In this document: positions 37,213 through 47,060 of the stretch, in pieces
Layout of the letters: every line of letters starts with the position of its first letter
Position numbering within the stretch: position 1 is the stretch's first letter
Assembly (NCBI RefSeq): GCF_006345805.1
Contig: NW_021831989.1
Span: 606,266 to 670,265, forward strand
DNA length: 64,000 bases
Reading direction: 5' to 3'
From: Octopus sinensis
Lineage: Eukaryota
The notes under the pieces: generated by a model
What the model was told of the DNA's origin: nothing
What the model saw: the letters and a program-made list of their open reading frames with translations, nothing else
Databases searched by the model: none
Made by a program: the position numbers and the translations under genes

Positions 37213-39820
37213 TTAATTTTTACCAAAATTTCTGACCTAATAATATAACAAAAACTTTTCACTTTTCTGATAAAATTTGAAGACCCACTCGATTTATTTG
37301 TATTCTCGGCAATCATTGAAGTTTGTTCAATCTGTTCATTTAACGATGCATTCAACAAAGACATTGTCGTCAGCTGGTTTCCATACTCCCTTACACTCAC
37401 TTCAAACTCGTCTCGTAGACTGTCGTAATCTCTTTGTTTGCTATGCAACAAATCGCACATCACATTCCGATCGCGAGTAATTTTTTCCAATTGTGCTTCC
37501 AAAGCAAAACACTTTGATAATTATATAAGATAACACCTCAGTACGATAAAATACTGATTTGCTGTCTGCTTCTTTCAGTTCCGAAAAAATTTGAGCTATC
37601 CTCGAATTAAAATGCTCACGAATTAATTCCTCTCTTAAATTATTTGAGTTTTCAGGGTCAATTGATTCAAGCGAAAATATTCCCTTTCAAAGTAACGTGA
37701 TTGTCAATACTCTGTTCAATTCATATTCAGGGGAATCTCCGTTCGTAGATAAAATTAAATTTTGCTTTAATTTGGCACGGGCTAATTGATATTCCAACAT
37801 CCAATGTTCCTTTTCTGACTCCAAGGTAGAAATCTGCCCATGATAATGTTCGACTTGCTCCTTTAATGCGTTCATATTACGTTTGGACTCAAAAAGTTGA
37901 ATCTCCATCTGAATTGCCTTGTCATTATCCATGTGAAGAGGTGCTTCTTTGTTGCAAACAATTTCAGCGAATGACGATGCTCTTTTGTGAAATTCGTCGA
38001 CAGATGAACAACAAAATCGAGGTTTTGTAAAAAGACTCTTTTTCCTAATTTCGTTTATGAAAGGACTGAATTTTTCTATGACCAAATCCATCTATAATAT
38101 ACAGATAATCAAAATACTTCTTTAATATTATTCCAAATGTTAGTTATATTTTGAGAAAGCTCCTTGTTAAGAAGTACAAGTTCATTACTTATATTTGGCA
38201 TTTCAAACTCATATGATAATAACGAGTCAAAATTAACCGCTAAATCTATTGTAAAGAAGGTAAACCAACAAAAAACCACTCAATGAAACGAATAGTCTAT
38301 TAAGACCATCAATAAATGCCATCTCTATCTGATATGGAGAATAATATTTTTCAGCGAAAGTGAGATCTAGTTTTCAAAATAATATGTATACCTCCACATT
38401 CCGTAACTGGAATGTACGCTTCATATATATCCTGGCATATAGCGTTGTAGTTTATCAATGATTGATGCGTACAAGATAATTTTGAATGTAATAAACCGGG
38501 AGAGCCAAATGACACCAACTCCGATTTAAAACTAAATATATTATGCTTTCCAAAAATCAACCACATATTCAAAGGATCTAGGAAATGATTGAATGCGCGA
38601 GTATAGTCCCTCCAACAACTCATAAATGAAGAGAGGTCACCAAGCGAAGCCAAAGAAATGTGATGACAACTTCCAGCATTAATAAACAGCTGTCTTAAAA
38701 GCCCGATAGCCCTCTCGAGATATTCCATTACGTCTTCTCTTTTCAGCTGGGACTCACCAAATTTGAAATATTTGAATCTCTTCTCAAGCGAAATATGTAA
38801 ATCAAGAAATGCTTTAAGAGTGCAAACGAGCACATTCGACAACCCCAAAATAAATTTTTTAGACGACTGGGGATTGCTTAATAGTCCCGAATTATCTAAG
38901 TCAATCCAATCAAATGATTCCAATTCTGAAAATAATTTTATTATCAATACTGGAGGCACTAAGGAACGTATCTAATGTCTGTATAAAGTCAGCTTTTGAT
39001 TCATTCGGCTGAAAAACTGAGGTAGTCTTGAACCTTGTGGATATTTAACATTCTATACATTTTAAGTTCTAAATTCAGTTTAATTATCTCCGAGTTTAGT
39101 TCTTCCACATCGTTCTGAATAGAATCATTTAAACATTAAAATACTGTATATGAAGTTACTTTTTGTTCTAGAAAACGATTTTTCCGCTGTAAAGCTTCAA
39201 CGGTGTCACGGGCTTTGTTCAAATCTGTCACAATCTGGTCATTTTTTTCGTTTAGTTTAAAAATTTCCTCTTCATGTTCAGATCTGTTTTCGAAAATCTA
39301 TTTTTGATTAAAACAAAAAACTCTTCTGTGGAGTTCCATGTTTTCCTCGACTTTATTGCTTAATTCAACACGAATGGCTTGATCATTAATGCATCCATCG
39401 GAATTCTATTTATTATATATCATTTAAATATTTGTTGATACTTTTTTTGTCTTTTTACTCTTTGGGATTGCATTTGCTTGTGCTAATTCTAACTGAAGTG
39501 CCCCTACTCGATGAACCAATTCTTCATTTCTAAATTTGAGGGTTTCAATGTCTCGCTCCTGTACTCTGATTTTTATCTCTTTAATGGCCTCAGAGGCCTT
39601 TGATTATTTATAATTAAAAACTTTGAGCTCATTATAGTTTGAATTTAGTTCTTTATATATATCTTTCAAAACAGTAAACGATGATTTTAACTACATTTTG
39701 GCACAATAACTATACTTTAGAATATTCTAGGGCAAGCGTCTTATATTTTTCAGTTTTGTCGGTTTTAGTGTCACTCGAGTTATACTAACTGATAAAAAAT
39801 TGTAAATATCTCTCAACCAT
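37213..39820 (-). CDS. PPP1R21: Protein phosphatase 1 regulatory subunit 21 (FERRY complex Fy-2, KLRAQ-motif coiled coil), spliced
   Basis: N-terminus EKYKTLALEYSK|LKSSFTVLK..ETLKFRNEELVHRV.ALQ.EL; C-terminus REELIREHFNSRI..ADSKSVFYRTE|C..LRDEF...REYGNQLTTMS..SLNEQI. Confidence 0.8.
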
Positions 39821-40313
39821 AACCACAACCAATAATTAATTATCTATTTAATTATTAAGAATTTATATTTATCTGTTAATTTTATTTTATTTTAAACTTT
39901 TAAAAATATTATTATAAAAATTTTCAGGAAGTTAAAGCTTAGGTAAACTTATAAATAAGAATTATTCGTGTTAATTGAATTTTTGGAGAAGTTATATCAA
40001 AGGCTGAAATAAGTCATTAATTTTATATTTCCATCCAAAGCCACTATCTAATTGCCAAAAAGTTCCAATAATAAAAATTTACTATTTTTTGATTATTTAT
40101 GAAACCTTAATACTGAGTAAAAAAGTAAATTAAGAAAAATGATATCCCTCGCAATAGTACGCTCGAACTCTTTCTTGATCGCGTCAGGCTCTCGCCGAGT
40201 AAAGCATCAGCTCTTTAATTCATTAATATAGATAAAGTTAAGCTTTTAAATTGAAATCTTTAGCATGAAAAAAAAAACGAAAAATGATTGAATTTATAAA
40301 GTTTGTTATAATG

Positions 40314-40623
40314 TGTCACGAGTCTAGGTTGTTACCGAGCCTAGGTCGTTACATTTCGCTTATTTTTCTATAAAGATTAAAAATTAATTTATCGCTAATC
40401 CTAATAAAATTATTCTTAATATTTAAAATTAATCTATTAAATATTAAAACAAAAATATCCGGATAACCATACATTTGTAATTGTAATATGTCACATTTAA
40501 TAGATTAATTTTAAATATTAAGAATAATTTTATTAGGATTAGCGATAAATTAATTTTTAATCTTTATAGAAAAATAAGCGAAATGTAACGACCTAGGCTC
40601 GGTAACACCCTAGGCTCGTGACA
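40314..40623. mobile_element. Foldback MITE with ~129-bp TIRs (TGT..ACA ends), Ginger-like
   Basis: Arms 40314-~40442 and ~40495-40623 are reverse complements with about 2 mismatches; 5-bp direct flank TAATG (40309-40313, 40624-40628). Confidence 0.9.
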
Positions 40624-40689
40624 TAATGATTCACTTAGCAATTGGGTAGCAAAATTTAGCAAGTGGAAAAGTCCAATAAACATTTCTTC

Positions 40690-40970
40690 TATTTTTGGGG
40701 CCACTACACCATTAATCTATCTCACCCAGTCGTATTGCAGCAATGAGGCTGACTCCTCTGGGAAATCATTGCACTTCCAGTTCTCTAGCAATATAAGCAT
40801 GTTCTCAAACGTTTTCTTGATTGTTAATGACAGGATGTATGCTTTAGACAAAATATCTATGTTTAAATTTTTCATATATGATTTATAGAACTTGGTCACT
40901 AATCCATCCTATGTCAATAAAATAAGAACCATGAATTTTGCATTCTGGATTTAGGCCAATTCTCCAGCAT
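40690..40970 (-). mobile_element. R4-like retrotransposon 3' end
   Basis: DGLVTKFYKSYMKNLNI..KAYILSLTIKKTFEN. Confidence 0.65.
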
Positions 40971-40973
40971 ATA

Positions 40974-42508
40974 CACTCCTCGCCAAAAAAATGATTCAAA
41001 ATTCATATTTAGTTTTTCTTTGAAAATCTTATAAATATTCTAATTTCAAAAAACTTAGTAGATTAGTTGTAATTATTATGATTTAATTTTAATAAAATAT
41101 TTGCTAATTACATTAATTTGGAAAAATTAAAAGCATGACACACAATATGTTAGTATATGTCAGTGACAAAAAAAATGATTCAAAAATATTATCTATACAA
41201 ATATCTTTTTTTATATGATTTAAAATCTCTATTTTAGGAAAAAGCATATGGATAACTTTACAAAAGGAAAAATTATTGCTTTATATGAAACAAAAATGAC
41301 ATTTCGGGCAATTTCTTTGAAAGTTGGGGTACATGAGGCCACAGTGTCTAATTTTATCCAACGATACAAAAAGAATGGCACAATCCATCGGAAACCAGGA
41401 TCTGGAAGGCCAAAAATACTTGATAAAAATGATTTGAAAGAATTGATAAAGTATTCGGAAGAAAATCCAACAAAAACATCTAAAGAGATCTCAAGTGTAA
41501 TGACGAAACTAACCAATAAAGCAATTTCCTCAAGAACAGTTATAAGAAATCTTAATGAAAATGGTATATTTGGACGTATCGCAAAAAATAAGCCATTTTT
41601 GAATATAAGACACACTAAAAAAAGATTAGAAATAACGAAAAGATTTCTTGCCATTTCTGATGAAAAATGGAAAACCACAATTTTCTCAGATGAATGCATT
41701 TTTTGCGCCAATCCAAACAAAACTCGAAAAATAGTATATAGGAAGAGCGGTGAACAACTTAATTCCAAAAATATTTCAACAACAGTGAAATTTGGAACGG
41801 GTTGATTTGGCTTGAAAACAAAAAATAGGGAAAATCATGATATGGGGATGTTTTTCTTTTAACGGCGTCGGAGAATTAGTTTTTGTTGACGGATCATTGA
41901 ATTCTGCAAAAAATTTAAATCTTTTAGTCAACAGCCTACCGAGATCAGTTGCAAAAATGGGACTTAATGACCTTGTTTTTCAACAGGATAATGCACCGTG
42001 TCATACAGCGAAGTTAATCATGAATTATTTTGATAAAGAAAATATAAAAACACTAGACTGGCCATCCCAGTCACCTGATCTAAATCCAATTGAGCATTTA
42101 TGGGCTCATATAAAAGCGGAACTCAGTAAAATCGATTTGAAAAATGCTGAAGAATTAAAGCAGGAACTTCTTCATATTTGGGAAAATATTCCTAAATATT
42201 ATATTGAAAAACTTGTTTTATCTATGAAAAAACGTTGTTGGGATATTTTTATGGCAAAAGGAGGAAATACCAGATATTAATTACAAAGTTTTTAATTTTG
42301 AATCATTTTTTTTGTCACTGACATATACTAACATATTGTGTGTTGTGCTTTTAATTTTTCCAAATTAATGTAATTAGCAAATATTTTATTAAAATTAAAT
42401 CATAATAATTACAACTAATCTACTAAGTTTTTTGAAATTAGAATATTTATAAGATTTTCAAAGAAAAACTAAATATGAATTTTGAATCATTTTTTTTGGC
42501 GAGGAGTG
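40974..42508 (+). mobile_element. Full-length Tc1-family (IR/DR type) DNA transposon
   Basis: TA TSDs; ~210-bp near-identical TIRs (cactcctcgccaaaaaaaatgattcaaaa...), each with an inner and an outer aaaaaaaatgattcaaaa direct repeat. Confidence 0.97.
41248..42280 (+). CDS. Tc1 DD34E transposase, 334 aa after removal of the 28-nt intron 41801-41828
   Basis: Splicing gives TTVKFGTG|KIMIWGCFS. HTH/GSGRPK, IFSDEC, FQQDNAPCH..34 aa..SPDLNPIEHLW, AKGGNTRY*. Confidence 0.9.
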
Positions 42509-42717
42509 TAGATAGTACTTTTGTAGTTTCTCCACTTCGATTTTTTTATTATCTTGGAATTTAGCCACCACTTAGATAATTTTCATCAAAAACAAAAATA
42601 CAGTCCGACCCCGAATTGGTGCACCAAGTGCCCCAAAAAGCGGGGGTACCCCAAAAACAGGGGTTTAATAAAAACAAAGATTTTTAAATATCAAAAATCA
42701 ATTTTATAAATATCAAA

Positions 42718-43242
42718 AAGGCCGGTTTCCAAGACATCATGCAATGAACCTAATTGTCAAGAACGCTTTGCATGCAGCTGGCTTCCCGGCACAGCTGGAG
42801 CCTCCTGGTCTCGTCCGCACAGACGGAAAAAGGCCTGATGGGATAACAATTTTCCCGTACACCAACGGGAAGTGCCTTGTTTGGGACTGCGCCTGCACCG
42901 ACACCTTCTCAGAGACAAACCTGATCGCCTCAGCCTCCTCTCCAGGATATGCTTCACAGAACTACGAAAAAATTAAAATATTCAGAGCTCAAGGACAGGT
43001 TCATAGTGCAACCGATTATTGTGGAGTCATCTGGAGTCTTCGGTCCGGAATCAATCTCTTTCATTAGGAAACTTGGATCCCTGATCTCGGTTCAGACGAA
43101 AGATAGAAGGGAGACCGAATGGCTGTTTCAACGCCTTTCAACAACCGTTGTCAGGGGTAATAGCCACGCTATCCTTTCTTCTCTTAAGCAACCTTAATTA
43201 ACCTATATTTTCTTTGAATTTATTTGTTTCAAAAAAAAAAAG
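42718..43242 (+). mobile_element. CRE-like retrotransposon 3' end with A-tail; preceded by a pogo-type end at ~42601-42670
   Basis: GRFPRHHAMN..LEPPGLVRTDGKRPDG..LVWDCACTDT..KY..VESSG..RLSTTVVRGN; A-run at ~43231-43241. Confidence 0.9.
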
Positions 43243-43317
43243 TTAGTTAGCTAATTAACCTGGTAAAAAATTGAAATTATCAATTTTTAAAGTTATTTTA
43301 TAAATTTTAGAAAGCCA

Positions 43318-44160
43318 ATGCCTAGAAAACTAAATCAAAGTGAAAAGATCAGAATTTGCAAGGATATACAGTCGGGTCATAAGGACAAAATGATTTGTGA
43401 AGGATTTAACATCTCTAAAGGAATGCTATACCGACTAAAAAAGAAAAGGGAAGGAATCTTAGCTCAAGGTTTCTCAACATCCGAAGGGACAATTGGATAC
43501 GAATTGAATGCCCAAGTTTACGAGATTTTTCGTAATCTCAGGTCGAAAGGTTTCCCAATTAATTGGTCAACCTTAAAGCTTATTGCACGTAAAATTGCGT
43601 ATAGAAATTCAAATCATGATTTCACTGCTTCTAATGGATGGCTTTATAGATTTAAGAAACAATTCGAAATAAAATTCAGAATATTACATAGCGAATCACG
43701 ATCAGCTGATAAAGAAGGTGCGGAAAACTTCCGATCAACTTTCAATGATTTGCTTGAAAACTATGGGGGAGAAAACATTTTCAACTGTGATGAAACTGCA
43801 TTATTTTATAAAGCTGTTTCCAAAAAGAGTTTTGTTGAAAAAAATGAGTCACACAGCGGACATAAAATAAGAAAAGAACGTATGACACTTCTTTTGTGTT
43901 GCAGTTACACAGGAGAAAAATATAAACCGCTTATAATTGGGCGTACGAAGTCACTAAGAGTATTAAAAGGTGTGAATCTGAGAGAAATTGGCATTGAATA
44001 TGATGCTTCGTGCAAAGCCTGGATGACAAAAAATATTTTTGAAAATTGGTTATCTCGATTTAACGAGGAAATGAGAGAGAAAAGAAGGAAAATAGCATTG
44101 TTAATTGATAATGCAACTTGTAATGCTGTTTCTCTCAAACTTTCAAACGTCGACGTAATA
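43318..44160 (+). mobile_element. pogo/Tigger transposase, 3'-truncated
   Basis: FTASNGWLYRFK, IFNCDETALFYK, KERMTLLLCCS.TGEK..PLIIG, AWMTK.IF, LLIDNA; third catalytic D missing. Confidence 0.88.
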
Positions 44161-44299
44161 TTCGATGCGAAAAAAACAAAACACTCGATTAAAATTAACT
44201 GATTTTTTTATTAAAAAATAAAAATTGTAGTTATCCGTCTCGGTTATATTATTAAGAGAGATATCGAACAGGCGAGACCTAAATTTAATGAAAAACCTT

Positions 44300-44890
44300 T
44301 TTTTGGGGGAAAACCTCAAAATTGGGGGAAAATTTCCCCAATTCGAGGTCGCACTGTACTACTAATCCAGCAAACCTGGTAAATGAAATCACGGTTGAAG
44401 GAGTTATGAAAGCAACGGAAAGACTAAAGAGCAATCGCTCTCCAGGACCGGATGGTATAAGTGCTAAGTTATTGAAATACGGTCCTAAAATACTAATAGC
44501 AATCGTGGCCAAAGTACTAAACAAAATGTTTGAAACTAACGACCACACAGAGTATCCAATGAAAATCTTTACAAGATGCGTAGTTCGCAGCCTATAAACA
44601 TGGATGTACTGAAAAGCCGATCGGGCCTCTTTGGATATACCCTAAGAATAGATGAAAGGACACTGTGTAATATCGCCATAGAAGTCTACTTCAAAGGACA
44701 AGAGTTTCCTAAATTCAGAGGAAGGCCTAGACACTGCCTATCAGTGGTAAAAAAAAGACTGGAAAAAATGCGCAAGAGGGCCAAATACAGAGGGAGGTGG
44801 AGGAATTTCGTGGAGAGGATGATGAAGAGGCAAAACGCAAAGTTGTGGGCAACGCGATATGTGCTAATAATAATTGCCACCAGTTGTGAG
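44300..44890 (+). mobile_element. RTE-like LINE, internally deleted
   Basis: LKSNRSPGPDGISAKLLK (RT domain 0) fused to the C-terminal LFGY.LR..RGRPR..A.YRGRWR. Confidence 0.7.
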
Positions 44891-45491
44891 TGATTTCAGG
44901 TTGAAAACGATCGCCGAAAGTTAACAGTAAGCGACTGAGAGTTAAAAGTATATAATCCTTAATTTGTTAATTATTTGTCATTCTTTAAGCAAGTCTACCA
45001 GATAAATATATTTGGTTCTTTGAATTATTTAAAGCTAGCTCAGAAAAATCTCCAAGCTTGTTTTTCTATTAATTTATAAACTATTGAGTACGGAACCAAG
45101 TTAAAATTAGGTTCTCCACGTCAATGCAAAAGAAATTCCCTGGGCGATTACTTAAGTAATTTTTTAATAAAATCAATAGCTTATAAATTAATTTCTAATA
45201 TTTATCCACATGCCGTTATATTTTTGAAAAGATATTCAAAAAATTTATATTTGAGTAATTTGCAGTTTTGTGGCATTGAGCTTTATCCAAAATTAAGAAA
45301 AGTGTTTTTTTTTGATTTAAGGTTTTATTTTGTCCTTGATAAAATTTGTACATAAACGAACTGTCACCCTTTCTTTATTTTATTTATTTCCATTACAAGC
45401 ATCCGTCGATTCAACAAACGACTTGTTCAATTTTTAGTGTATAAACAAGTTTAACCCCACTTAAAAATATTTTTGAGAGATTATAAATAAA

Positions 45492-45670
45492 GTGAACGAT
45501 CGAGAACCTATTGGTAACTCTATATTGCCTGGGTTGGAATCCCAGCGGCTGTCTGTGCTGGAAGCTTCGACCTGGGTAATGAGTAACCCCGTCATGTACA
45601 TCTCATCACATGCGGACTTCGGATGGAACGGATGGGATGTTGAGCTTCCTTAGCGTTTAATCAGCCGCAC
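45492..45670 (+). ncRNA. Candidate structured RNA or tRNA-derived SINE
   Basis: GC-rich island with a T-arm-like hairpin ctggg-TTGGAAT-cccag (45529-45545), a long-range helix gcggctg/cagccgc (45545-45551 / 45662-45668) and ggaagct/agcttcc. Confidence 0.4.
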
Positions 45671-45889
45671 TATAATAAAAACAAGTTTTAAATGTTTTAA
45701 GCATTTTTAAGCACTTTTCATAGAAAATAGTTTTAAAAAAATTTGATTTTTTAAGCCAGAGTATGCCCCAAATATGAGTTTAATTTGTCAAGAGCCAAGA
45801 ATGTAAACGAGTCGAGGATGAAACCATAACAGCTGAAATGAATGTCAATCACTGTTAAAAAATAAAAAAATCAAATATTTTCAAGCAAA

Positions 45890-46520
45890 CATTAACTAAT
45901 TATTGTTAATCATTTTTAAGTCATTTAAAATGGCTTTTCCTCACTATTCCCACACTATCTTTAACATTGACAAAATTTTTGAACCATTTTCTAACAATAG
46001 TGACAGCATCTTCATAGAGCTGCTCAAACCTTTGCTTGAACTCTGTGCCTTTGTTTGATTAGAGTATTTTCAAGGCCCGTAATATAAAAATTTCTTCTAA
46101 TTTGTTGGCCGCCTTTTTTCAAAATTTGTTAAGTAGGTTCCTAGTGAATTTATATTTTGATTTTATGTCAATAACCAAGAAAAATGATCATTTTGACTAC
46201 AAATAATAGCCAAGAAAAATGATTCTCAAATCTACAATAATAACCAATAAACTTTAAACTTTTTAAAATCAAATCGACTTGAAACCTTTCATTAGGTAAA
46301 TTAGCGATACTATAGCTTGAATCGTCATACTGTTTCAGTGGCACAGGAAACTTGCATATATTGATGTTTTACTTAATTCGAAAAATGTCGTTCTGAAAAG
46401 TGCATCTAGAGCATTATGCCCTCAATGGTTTGTTTTGTGGATTTCTTAAGGAATGATTTTCATTCCTTTGGTGCTTCTTAAAGCAACCTTGTGGAGTCGA
46501 TTAGTATTTTGCAAATATAG
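45890..46520 (-). mobile_element. Degenerate Gypsy/Ginger-type integrase fragment; partial related copy at ~51480-51725
   Basis: NERFQVDL..VID.KSKY.F..KIL*SNKGTEF; shares aaaatgatcattttgactaca..tctcaaatctacaataataa with 51668-51712. Confidence 0.6.
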
Positions 46521-47060
46521 CTTTAAGTAAATAAAAATAAAATTTGAAGCTTTCTTCTTTAGTCGAAACTTTCTAACTTTTGAAATATCTACGTCTTTCC
46601 CTTCAAGGAATGAATTTCAATCTTTTAAGGCCGTAATTGTTTTAACGTAGATTATTATTTTATGACGACTGGGAGTATTATGAAATCTGTCATGTTTTCA
46701 TCCTCAGCTCGCAACATAATATTATACCTGAGAAACGTGAAATACCATCAAGATTGCGACTAAGAGAAAGATGGCAAATCTTAAAACTTAATCAATATTT
46801 TTTCATCTTAGAAAATGTCCAGTACTCGTTAAATTATTGTCGTTTATATAAATTTGCAAGAGAATATAAACACGTAGTTTTAATTATTAATCACCAGATC
46901 TATCATTTTAGGAACTTTTTATCTGAATTAATTTGCAAATCCAAAAACCGGTAGAAGTAATTTAAGATTTATTATTCCAAAACTCTAATTTAGGATGCTC
47001 AATAATAAAAATGAGAAATTATTAGCGATTTAGAATGAAAATGAATTAGATATTAATCAA

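Noticed and set aside
41229-41768. 179-aa antisense ORF, and similar antisense ORFs at 19981-20277 and 54597-55169
   Set aside because: These are shadow ORFs opposite real coding sequence, with no independent motifs.
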